From NCBI RefSeq assembly GCF_006345805.1, contig NC_043000.1:16182001-16246000 (forward strand): a stretch of DNA of 64,000 bases. Direction: 5' to 3'. Made by a program: the position numbers and the translations under genes. This DNA is from Octopus sinensis. Lineage: Eukaryota. Positions 49,910-64,000 of the stretch are shown here, in pieces. A model generated the notes under the pieces. It was not told where the DNA came from and made no database searches. It saw only the letters and a list, made by a program, of their open reading frames with translations. How positions within the stretch are numbered: position 1 is the first letter of the stretch; every line of letters starts with the position of its first letter.

Positions 49910-52900
49910 GACTTTAGAAGAAAGTTGGTAGCCATGACTTTTGTAAGGACTCCAAGACAAGTGGGAAAGGAAGAAAGAAAACATGATTCATTGAGTGTTG
50001 TTGTAAGAAGCCACATACAAAGATATCAAGTTATCATAAGACTTGGTCTGATAACTGCTAGAGGGCCAGTAGTGGTATTAAACCAGGTTCACACAGTATT
50101 TCTGTTTATCTTTGTTTCATTCACATGTCATGGCTCGACCCTAATTATGAAACACCCTTCATAAACACACACCCACACTAATTCCCTCAAAACAATCTGT
50201 ATTTACTCCAAAGCTTACCAAGATTCCATATTGTATGCTACAGATGTAAATATGAAATGTAAGTCAGCATAAAAATTGTTCATAGCTCATTAACCCTTTA
50301 GCATTCAGATTACCTTATCAAATGTAATGCTTATTTATTCCCATAGGATTAAATCGCACTAGTTTCAAGAATTATAAAAAGCGAAAGTTGTTACTAGACT
50401 GGCGAATGCTGGGGATGGACAGATGCAGAAATGTCATAGGGTGAATAACAGGAAAACCAGTCTTCTTAATGTGTGATTGTATTTCAATAATGGATCATTG
50501 TTAAGAAATAAATCACACGAAATGATACAGAAAATAACAGATGACTAAATAGCAGATCCATGTTGAAAATTAAGTGTAGCAATTAAAGAAGCACAGTTAC
50601 TAAATAACCTACAAAAAAAAAAAAACAAACGGTGGAAATACCACAGAGACAATGAATGTTTCTTACTTAACAATCACCTTTGGTATGTGCTACTGATTTA
50701 TTTAAACATTTTTTCCAAATAAAAAGTGAGTCAAGGAAGAGAAGCACCCATGTTTATTGAGGGTAGGACATCCCAGATCGGTGAGATCATTGCAGTTGTT
50801 TCATTTGAGTATTTGGAGTTTGGAATCTTGTGTGTAAGGGAGCAGGATAATAGTAGACCACAGTTTAGTAATGGAATCAAGAGAAGGTTGATGATACACA
50901 GTAGGGATGATGTGTATCAAGCGAGCTTAGGTCGGGAGGGTATATACTTTTCCAGAACAAATATTATTGTAATAGTGTGTCAGTGATTGAGCCTTTTTGT
51001 TCAAGTAGTCTAAATTAATGTGTGTGTGTGGAATGACATCAGTTGTAAGCAGTGTGGGCCTCACTTGAGCATGTACAAACAGGAACTGAACAAGTGAAGT
51101 GCTTTCAGGCCGCCAAAGTAAACCTAGTCTTTGAAAGTGGTTTTAGCATTGTCGTTATTAAAAATGACAGTAAATAGGTTAATAATTCAAAAGGAAGTTG
51201 TTGGGAACATAACCAAAACTTAGGGTAAACCAGAATTAGGTTCAATTACTCACACAGGTAGGAAAAAGCTACCTGGTGGCAAATTGATACTAAGAATATT
51301 CTGGTTATGTCACAATGGAAAATAAGGTCTAATGAGACAGAGAAAATAAGAATTAAGCAATGGATCTCATATTTGTAAGTAATATCAACATAGAGCTAGC
51401 TTGAATATATCTAGGAAATAAGTATAATACAACACCAATCAATAGTACATAGGTAACACAACACTCATCAGTCATCAAATAGAATACTGAAATGAACATA
51501 AATAGTGACATAATATGCAATATCTGAACATGACATTTTCAATCAATTCATTTTCTGTTTCATCTCCATTTAATATGTCCTTGTTCCATGAATGGGAAGC
51601 AAACATACCTATGCCTGCATCTATAAAATGCATGTGTTTCGCACTATTTTTGTGGTGAATTTTCTACAGCCAGTTACCCTTCCTGTTGCAAACCCTCACC
51701 TGTTTCAAAGTCAATTCCAGAATGTCTTTTATACAATTTTTTTAAAAACTAGCTGTAAACATACAGCTTTGTATACATGCTAACATTGATTCCTTCTGCA
51801 TCATTCTTTTTAAACTTATATTTCAATTAGCAAATGAGGAGAAGAATTTGGTTGAATCTAAGAAAATGTTAACTTCCACAGCAAGGTTAGCATTAGGACA
51901 GACAAACCTGTATATGGCCAAGCTTCATAGACTGAAACTGCTGTTTATGTTCATCATCATCAATTAACGTCCGCTTTCTATGCTAGCATGGGTTGGACGA
52001 TTTGACTGAGGACTGGTGAACCAGATGGCCGCACCAGGCTCCAATCTGATCTGGCAGAGTTCCTACAGCTGAATGACCCTCCTAACGCCAACCACTCCAA
52101 GAGTGTAGTGGGTGCTTTTATGTGCCACCAGCATGAGGGCCAGTCAGGCGGTGCTGGCAACGGCCACGCTCAAATGGTGTTTTATACGTGCCATCTGTAC
52201 AGGAGCTAGTCCAGCGGCACTGGCAGCGACCTCGCTCAGATGGTGCTCTTAGTGCCCCACTGACATGGGTGCCAGTCATCGAATTTGATTCGATTTCGAT
52301 TTCATTTTTGTTGTTTAATATAAAAATTTTAGTGGCTTTTCATAATCTATTATGAAGTGTGAGGACATTATTGCAACACTATATATAAGTCAGTGAAATC
52401 TGACCCACTCAATTTTGTTCTTTTACTTTCAGTTTAATAATATCATATGCAGATTACTATGCAATTCTAATGAAGAGGAATGACTGAAATTTATATTCTA
52501 ACCAACTCGCCACAAGCTTGAAATTCAGGTTATTTTCCTTTACTTTAGGAAAGGAAAAATGTATTTGGTTAAAATTTATAACATAATGAGAGTTTATTAA
52601 GAGAAAGTACATTACTTACAGGGTTATATATATATATATACTATTATTTTAGGATTAACACATGTCATAAGACAACCTTACCAGATAGATTCTATTTAGC
52701 TTCAGGGAAAATCTAAATCTGTCTGAATTGCTGCACACACACACATATCATCATCATCGTTTAATGTCCGTTTTCCGCGCTAGCACGGGGTTGGATGGTT
52801 CGACCGGGGTCTGGGAAGCCAGGGGCTGCACCAGGCCCCAGTCTGATCTGGCAGAGTTTCTACAGCTGGATGCCCTTCGTAACGCCAACCACTCCGCGAG

Positions 52901-53270
52901 TGTAGTGGGTGCTTTTTACGTGCCACCTGCACAGGTGCCAGGGGGGTACGGCATCGGCCACGATCGGTTGGACCTTTTAATGTGCCACCGGCACGGAAGC
53001 CAACCAAGGCGGCACTGGCAACGGCCACGTTCGGATGGTGCTTTTTATGTGCCACCGGCACAGGAGCCAGTCGGGGCGGCGCTGGCATCGGCCACGTTCG
53101 GATGGTGCTTTTTATGTGCCATATATATCATCATCATCGTTTAGCGTCCGTTTTCCATGCTAGCATGGGTTGGACGGTTCAACTGGGGTCTGTGAAGCCA
53201 GAAGGCTTCATCAGGCCCAGTCAGATCTGGCAGTGTTTCTACGGCTGGATGCCCTTCCGATATATATGTG

Positions 53271-53314
<44 letters not shown>

Positions 53315-53854
53315 AATAAAATGTATAAGGTGAATAAACCTTCAGGTCTAATTGATTTGATATTGACTATACTTTTTAGAGTAAAATAACTTTGATAAAC
53401 ACCAGATAAATATTTAAGAACAGTGTCCACTGTATCTCTAATATTAACTGTGGTGTCACATTATATTCTGTACCTTGCTCTTTAGCAAGGTAATGTTTAG
53501 AGAGAGAGAGAGAGAGAGAGAAAGAAAGAGAGTGTGTGTGTGGAAGTGGGTATGGAATGCAGCTGTTATTTCAGAGACTGTTCATAACTTATCAAGCAAA
53601 ATAGCTGATAAAATTAATGGTAAGGTGGGAGTAATCCTCTTACTGAACACTTGTTATTTACCCTATGGGGGTGGGAAAAGAAGGTGAGCAGTGTTAATCT
53701 TTCCACACTAGAGAGGTAGGTTTTATTTACACTAATGATTGTTGTTTTGGGCTTAAATCTCAGTCTGCCTCCATCAACTATCCTGCAATAAATCTGTACA
53801 CAAAATGTCATCAGTCCATTACAACCTGCACGCATACATAACAATTATAGTTAA

Positions 53855-54242
53855 CTAGCAGTACCGCCCGGCGTTGCTCGGGTTTGTAAGGGAAATAACT
53901 ATATAAGCATTTTTAGAGAGTTATAGCCAAAAAATAGCAAAAAAAAAAAACATTAAAAATGGGGGGAAAAATGATGGTAAATTTTTTTTTAAATCGTAGA
54001 CTCATCGTAGACATTTTTAGAGAGTTATTTCCCTTATATAATAGCGAAAAAATGCATTAAAATGGAAAAAAATGGTAAATTTTTTTTTAAATCGTAGACT
54101 CATGCTAATACCCAGAAGGGCTCGATATGAATCATGACTATAAGATACCCAGTTTTGGTTAAACTGCACTGCAAAATGTGGGAGTAGTTAGGAATCTAAA
54201 TCGTAGGAGACAGACACACAACTTGACTTTTATATATAAAGA
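53855..54242 (-). mobile_element. Non-autonomous Helitron-like element (copy 3, shorter subfamily)
   Basis: Same TC...hairpin...CTAG termini as copies 1 and 2; internal sub-repeats; lacks their ~215-bp internal segment. Confidence 0.85.
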
Positions 54243-54450
54243 TATCAAAGAGAACAAATTTCTTAAAGACGTCTCAATCTCTGAGTGTTAAGTAATAACA
54301 CTAATTCAGTTGTATTTCTTAAATACAAACATTTCTGGACCCAATTTCTGTGAGTTTCTTCAAACTAGTCCAGATTGAGGTAACTCAGGAGCAAATAATA
54401 GTGTCTGCTCTATGAATTAGACTTGGGAAATGACCATGATTAGTCATTAA

Positions 54451-54659
54451 CCCTTTAGTATTTAAACCGGCCATATCCAGCCAAAATAGCTAATCTGTTT
54501 TATGTTCAAACTGACCAGATCCAGGCCCTCACACCTACCCTACAATCTTATTCTACATTAAGTAATTACACCATCAAGATCTTGAAGATATGAGATAATG
54601 CATGATTAATTCAAATCAATAAGCATTATGTTTGATAGAATAATCTGAACACTAAAGGG
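54451..54659. mobile_element. piggyBac-type MITE
   Basis: TTAA|CCCTTTAGT...ACTAAAGGG|TTAA. Related or partial copies at ~24860, 33962, 40066, 49440 and 50293. Confidence 0.75.
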
Positions 54660-57600
54660 TTAAACATTATTTAAATTAATGATGGTGGTGGTGGTGGTGG
54701 AGGCCTTTCGGTGACCCCAGAGAAAGGAGGAAGCAGAAAATGCCAAATGATCTTTTGACACAAATTTTGCCCTTAACAAAACTTTGGGGTCCGAGGCCAG
54801 CAGGGAGGGGATATTAGTTGCCAATGCTTCACTTGTAGTCTATTTTTATCAATCTAAAAAGGGATGAAAAACAAAAATCGACCTTGGTGGGATTTGAACT
54901 CAGAATGTAAGGTGCAGGAGTGACTGTGTGGTAAGTAGCTTGCTTACTGACAACATAGTTCTGGGCTCCGTCCTATTGCCTGGCACCTTGGACAAGTGTC
55001 TTCTACTATAGCCTCAGGCTGACCAAAGCCTTGTGAGTGGATTTGGTAGATGGAAACTGAAAGAAGCCCGTTGTATGTGTGTGTGTGTCTGTATTTGTCC
55101 CCCAACTTTGCTTGACAACCAATGCTGGTGTGTTTACGTCCCTGTAACTTAACAGTTCGGCAAAATAGACCGATAGAATAAGTACTAGGCTTACAAAGAA
55201 TAGGTCCTGGGGTGAGATTTCTTTGACTAAAGGCGGTGCTCCAGCATGGCCACAGTCAAATACTGCAAAGCAGGTTTTCCACTGCTCTAATGACACTGCC
55301 AGCTTGCCATCTTAACCCTCTTGATACTAATCTGTCTAAAACTGCCCTGGTTCATGTTTTAGAGTGATTTAAATCAAAAACTTCCATCAAAATTTCCTGC
55401 TAAAATTCGTTATGTTCCAAACAAACTTAATAATTTTCTTTTGTTCTTTTACTTGTTTCATTCATTTGGCTGTGGCCATGCTGGAGCACCACTTTTAGTT
55501 GAATAAATCAATCCCAGAACTTATTCTTTGTAAGCCTAGTGCCTATTCTATCGTTTTTGTTTTTTTTTGCTGAACTTGTTACAGGGACGTAAACAAACCA
55601 ACATTGGTTGCCAAGCAATGGTGTGTGTGTGGGGACAAACACAGACACACAAATACATATATACACATACACACACATATATACATATACACAATGGGCT
55701 TCTTTCAGTTTCCATCTACCAAATCCACTCACAAGATTTATGGATGGCCCAAGGCTATAGAAGACATTTGCCTAAAGTGCCATGCAGTGGGACCGAACCT
55801 GGAACCATGTGGTTGGGAAGCAAGGTCCTTACCACACAGCCACACCTGTGACTAAGATATTTTACTCAATTCTTCATTATTTTAAAAGTTTAAATGAAAC
55901 AAAAGCAGTGTATCACAATAGAAATATGGCAACAAAAGGATTAAATAACCATGATAGAATAATAATTTTAACACAGATATAGGACCAGAACCATTTCAAG
56001 GTTGGGGGAAGAGAGAGCTAGCTAATTACCTAATCTTCAGTACCTGACTTAATACTTTATGATATCAACTTCAGAAAGCTGAAAGTAAAAACGTTGACCA
56101 AGGCAGGATTTGAACTCATAACATAAAGAGCTTGGGCAAATGCTTCACAGAATTTCAATCATACTCTTTACTTACTTGTTTCAGTCATTTGACTGTGGCC
56201 ATGCTGGAGACCCACCTTTTAGACGAGCAAATCGACCCCAGGACCTATTCTTTGTAAGCCTAGTACTTATTCTGTCAATCTCTTTTGCCGAACTGCTAAT
56301 TTACGGGGACGTAAACACACCACCATCGGTTGTCAACCCATCCAGCATGGAAAGCTGAAGTTAAACGATGACGATGATAATGTATATTGATTACATTGAG
56401 TCCAGTGTTCAACTGACTCTAAAAGGATGAAAGGCAAAGCTGTCCTCAGCAAGAATTTGAACTCAGACTACAAAGAGCCAGAAGAAATGTTGCTAAGCGC
56501 TTGATGTGCCAACAATTCTGCCAGCTTGGCACATCGATAAGTTTTTCTACTATAGACACAAGGCCTGAAATTTTAGCGGAGGGGGCCGACCGATTACATC
56601 AACCCCAGCATATCATGTACTTATTTTATGAAAGGACGAAAAGGCAAAGCCAACCGTGGCAGAATTTGAACCCAGGAAAATGCCACTATTTGTCCAACTA
56701 GCTAACAAATCTACCAGCTTTGTCACCTTTCTTATAATAATAATAATAATAAAATCCAACCAAGCCATGGAAGTTTCTCATACAACTCTATACTCAGTAC
56801 ATATACAGTACAGGATTTAAACCAAATGAACGGAAACAAATTCCACACTAATGCTATAATAGATTGGCATGTGGTGATGGTGGTTTTCATGATGATAGTT
56901 GGTTAAAAATCAACTGGCAAGCTTCCCATGATGATTGACTAATAGAGGTGGGTGTGAATTATAAATGACTAACATCTGTATTTCAATGGCAGTGATAACA
57001 CCACAGAAAATTTTAATGTTATCACTATCAAAAGAAGAAGAAAAAAAAGTCTTCCAATTTTATGGAGAGAATCCCTATATCTCAAAAGCAGATTAATCTT
57101 ACGTCATAGCAATACAATGCACTGCAAAAAAAATGGGAAAATGAAAAAAAAATTATAAAATGCAACCATATAATTTTCACATTATTTAAAGAGAACTAAT
57201 CAGAGAAACGAATCAAAGTTATATTTTATCTACGTGAAATTATTTTCTAATTGCATGTATTTTCTAATACCATAAAGAAGTTGGTCACAAGTACTGGACC
57301 ATCATCGATGACTGAAAAGAGCTTCTTGGCATGCTTTATTGAGTAATAAATTAAGAGAGCAGAGGATTTTATTAAAATCATATACCCCTTTATCTAGAAT
57401 TATGTAAGTAGTTGAAAAGATTCGTAAATCTATTTTTAAGTAAATATCAAGGAAAGCCTTGGACATAAAATTTAAGCCTACCATTCTAAAGATTAAATTT
57501 CATGTGTACGGATTACTGGTTTAGAGCAGAGATAGAAGCAGGTTTAGATTCTGTGCTCCTAGAACAAATGTCAATGACAAAAACAGCTCCGTACAAAGCT

Positions 57601-58025
57601 AGTTTACAGGTCAGCCAATCGGCCAAACAATTGAATAAAACAATTGCCATTTAAAATTAAGTGTAAATATAGGCAATTTTCGCGAAGGAAGCGAAACAGT
57701 AGCAGTAGTTCCCCCTCACCCTGTGTGTCCAATTAGATTGTGAGTGGCAAATTAACAAACTGTTGGCGTTAGTCAGGAAGAAAAAAAGTAGCACTAAAAT
57801 AGTTAGGTGGGGTGGGGACATGAAGATGGTGATCTTAGGCATTAGAGAAGCACTGTATGTGAGAGTGTGAACGTGCATGTGTTTGCAGAGAAGGAATTTG
57901 AAAGAGCTGATGTTAAATCAACCTTGAAACTGGTCATCATCCAAGACTTTAATATTATCTAGCATATAAAAGAAATGAGGATAAAACAGACCATATATCT
58001 TAGGAAACATAATGTAATGTGAGCT

Positions 58026-58062
<37 letters not shown>

Positions 58063-59084
58063 CTTGTGAGCACATTGTGTTAGAACATTAAACAATAGAG
58101 ATACTGGATTCGCAGAAGAAAACCAAGTCTAGAGAAGTAATTATATCACAATGACTATCACAATATATATTACACACACAAACCTCTTTTGGCAATGCCC
58201 CAGAACATAGCCAGCCAATGGCATTTACCAAACCAGTAAAAGACTAAAAGAGTGTATAAGCGTGTGTGTGTGAGATAGCGTACATCTCTTTAATTGATCC
58301 CCACAGAAAATTTTCAATAACTGTCGCCTCATGAAAGCCAGCCCTGCACTCCACCCGGTTTCCAATAACGTAACTAGTTCTTGTAGTATCTTTTGAAGTT
58401 CGTACAAGTTGAATAAATGAGTCATAGAGAATTGTGTGAGGAGGACCTGTGCAACAGACATGCCCGGGGGGGGGGGGAGAACCGGATGATGATACCATAA
58501 CTGTTGTAACTACAAAACTAGCAATGCTTATTAAATGCTGTAAGGCTTTCGAATGTTAGCTCTGTCTGCGTATGAATAAGTAAATCAATACAACTGAGCT
58601 AGACTGGTCACAACACACACATACACAGAACTCTGCTTGGTATACTATCAGCTGCTAGTAACACAATTCTGCTAAAGTGTAGCTGGTGAGCCAACAATAC
58701 ACTACTCTACTCTACTGATGCTGATTGTGTCAGGATGCCAGCAGCTCACCTGAGACAGCGAGAAGACAACTGAAATATGTGAAATGACACTAGCATCCAT
58801 CACGGTTGTGGTAGCAGTAGTGGTAGTGGAAGAAACAGTATAAATATGGTAAAAGGCTGGTAAGCAAATAGTATTCCTTGTGCTTGTTGGAAAGAAGTTA
58901 ATCTTGAAAGAAAACTATAGGAGTTTAAAAAAAAAAAATTCAAAAGAATACGATAGCGAACCATCCCATTAGACTGATAAAATGAAAATGGATGAGTGAA
59001 TGGCAGCAGAGAATGGGGATGAGAGAGAGAGAGAGATAACCGCACAATAGAGTGAGATGTGTATGGAGAGGAAAAGGATAGGTA

Positions 59085-59275
59085 AAGAGAGAAAGAGATA
59101 GATAGATAGAGAGAAAGAGATAGATAGATAGAGAGAAAGAGATAGATAGATAGAGAGAAAGAGATAGATAGATAGAGAGAAAGAGAGAAAGAGATAGATA
59201 GAGAGAAAGAGACAGACAGATAGACAGACAGACAGATAGATAGACAGATAGATAGATAGATAGATAGATAGGAAG
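59085..59275. repeat. Compound (AGAT)/(AG)/(AGAC) microsatellite
   Basis: Seen directly in the sequence. Confidence 0.9.
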
Positions 59276-59844
59276 GAAGAAATGAAGAATGTCAGAGTGA
59301 GAAAGAAAAAAAACGTGCAGAGAGCTGAAGGGGAAAAAAAGGGACAGAAAAAAGGAGCTGCAAAGGAGAGTGTGTGTATGGGGGTACAGAGTCATGGCAT
59401 TTGTGAGGGTAGCAACAGAATTTGCAAAGGGTCACTATGTGAAGGAAATAGTGTAGGGAGAAGAGACACAGTAAAGAGAGAGAGTGAGAAAATGAGGAAT
59501 TACGAAAGCTATGGTGAAGTGAAAGAGTAAAAAAAAAAACTACGATGAATAGAGAGATAGATAGATAGATAGATACAGAGGGAGGGAGAGAGAGTGTATG
59601 TGGGGTTAGTGAGGAGTGTCACAGTACCAGATATAACAGCCAACATGACAGTTTATTTTGCGAACCAATCAGATGCGATGACCGCCGCCTCCTAAACAGC
59701 TGCAAGACAGAGCTGGCAGCAGCAGTGTGGCGAAGTGAAGAGCAGGTAGAGAGACAGATGTAGACGACAAATGCAGATATACAGACTGACACAGCTTGGC
59801 GAAAACACACTGACATAGAAAGATACACCGACACACATATATCT

Positions 59845-60313
59845 TCTTTATATATAAAAGTCAAGTTGTGTGTCTGTCTCCTACGATTTAGATTCCTAAC
59901 TACTCCCACATTTTGCGGTGCAGTTTAACCAAAACCGGGTATCTTATAGTCGTGATTCATATCGAGCCCTTCTGGGTATTAGCGTGCGTCTACGATGAGT
60001 CTACGATCAAAAAAAAAATTTACCATCATTTTTTTCCATTTTAATGCACTTTTTTCGCTATTATATAAGGGAAGTAACTCTCTAAAAACGTCTACGATGA
60101 GTCAACGATTAAAAAAAAATTTACCATCATTTTTTCGCTATTATATAAGGGAAGTAACTCTAAAAATGTCTACGATGAGTCAACAATTAAAAAAAATTTA
60201 CCATCAATTTTTCCATTTTAATGCATTTTTTGCTATTTTTTGGCTATAACTCTAAAAATGCTTATATAGTTATTTCCCTTACAAACCCGAGCAACGCCGG
60301 GCGATACTGCTAG
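59845..60313 (+). mobile_element. Non-autonomous Helitron-like element (copy 4)
   Basis: TCTTTATATATAAAAGTCAAG...CCCGAGCAACGCCGGGCGATACTGCTAG; internal triplicated module. Confidence 0.85.
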
Positions 60314-61490
60314 TATACACATACACACACACGCACAGTGTAAGCGATTGAGGCGGACAAGACAACAGAGAACGGTCGTAGTCTCTCTTACATTACTTGT
60401 ACAGTAACACTTAGTTTGACCAACTAAGAAGGACATGCTAAAACAACCATAGTACGCGCGGAGGAACCAGTTTTCGCTTCCCTGCCCGCTTCGCTTTCTA
60501 AAAGTCATTCCCTTATTTTTGTGCGTGGGAGGCAGACATTTCTCGGTTTTAATTGTCAAGAGCACGTGGAGCCATGTATGTATAAAAGAGTGTGTATGAG
60601 GCAGGGAATGCTGGGGAGAAAACGGGTGGAATTAGGAAAGAGGAGAGAGAGAAAGCTTAGATAGAGAGAGAGAGGAGAAAGCCGAGAGAGAGAGAGTAAA
60701 CTTTAGGAGTGTGCGTGTGTGAGTGCGCGGAAGAAAATGAATGAGGAGAGAGTAAGAAGTGTGAGGTACGTAGAGAGAGTATGGAAGAAGACGAGTGGGG
60801 AAAAGGCAAAAGTGAATACAGAAGAATGTGAGTGTGTGTGTGTGTAGATGTTTAAAGTGTTAGAGCTTTCTCACCTTATCATATGTGAGGATGCACCTGT
60901 GTGCGTGTATAAGTGTGTGTGTGTGTTTTAAAATACTATCTACTAGGAGCAGGATTAGTCAGTGAGTGAACCTGAGAACAATTGCAGTTCAACTTGAAAA
61001 CATTCCTTTAAGCAGACATCATAATACTCTTTACATGCGAAGAGTCGGTCTCAGCACACGCTTATGCTATGTTAATGTCTGTGTAATACACGCACACACA
61101 CACATTTAAAATGCTTGTTTAGCACATATTTTATTACAACCAGAATTAGCAACGAATTTTTTTTTCTTTCGCTTTTTCTCTTTTCTTTTATTTCACATTA
61201 ATATAATGATTTCCTGCAAAGGAACGAGTCCACACCTTTTTTGGGAAGTGTTGTAATTAATTTAATCAATTCCAACAATATGACAGTTTTTTTCAAAGCC
61301 CGGAAGGACACGAAATGTCAACACCAGCAATATTTGTAATAAAAACACAAAGCACTGGTATTTCATCCAGCGCTCTACCGATTCTGACAGGAATTACTCG
61401 TTCAGGCACAAGTCAGCACCCATCCTGCAGACTTTTAGATCACAAACACTCCAGACACGACAATCTTTATTGTTAAGTCAGATAATACCT

Positions 61491-61682
61491 TGGCAGACTC
61501 GTTAGCGCGCCGGGCGAAATGCTTAGCGGTACGTTCTGGGTTCAAATTCCGCCGAGGTCGACTTTGCCCTTCATCCTTTCGGGGTCGATAAATTAAGTAC
61601 CAGTTACGCACTGAGGTCGATGTAATCGACTTAATCCGTTTGTCTGTCCTTGTTTGTCCCCCTCTATGTTTAGCCCCTTGTG
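61491..61682 (+). mobile_element. SINE (family E)
   Basis: TSD gataatacct / gataatgcct. Confidence 0.8.
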
Positions 61683-61791
61683 GATAATGCCTCTAGTACT
61701 AATGTACCAATATAACCTTCTTTTCTCATTGCTAGTATTAGTATAATTTTAATGCTTTGAACAGGGCTCTTAATCACAAATTTTATTAGTT

Positions 61792-64000
<2,209 letters not shown>

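Noticed and set aside
53340-53445. IRDTVDTVLKYL resembling MRTO4 exon 3
   Set aside because: No MRN/KLK motif and no suitable splice sites; chance similarity.

Overview
AT-rich, repeat-dense eukaryotic genomic DNA. The tRNA-derived SINE families, Penelope fragments in (TA)n and microsatellite load look like an octopus (coleoid cephalopod) genome; this assignment is an inference. I reconstructed two intron-containing genes on the minus strand by hand, and the ORF track mostly misses them. (1) An MFSD4/sodium-dependent glucose transporter 1-like MFS gene, exons 5835-5900, 2368-2653 and <1-356, running off the left edge. (2) The 3' half of MRTO4/Mrt4, exons 40348-40499, 38784-38860, 34794-34890 and 28891-28943, with AATAAA at 28845; I could not find its 5' exons in the remaining 23.5 kb. 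Most of the rest is nested mobile DNA: CR1-like and RTE LINE 3' ends, a Penelope-like element (RT plus GIY-YIG), mariner, maT (DD37D) and pogo relics, Helitron-like elements, piggyBac-, Tigger- and hAT-type MITEs, and four SINE families. The most interesting signals are non-canonical minimal hammerhead-ribozyme-like motifs at Penelope-type 3' ends, a perfect 84-bp intronic hairpin, a gene-conversion tract between inverted LINE copies, a tandem dimer with an inverted tail, a structured 61-bp repeat in an RTE 3' UTR, and alternative-splicing candidates in both genes. There is no CRISPR array or prokaryotic system. Repeat boundaries are approximate unless TSDs or TIRs are given.
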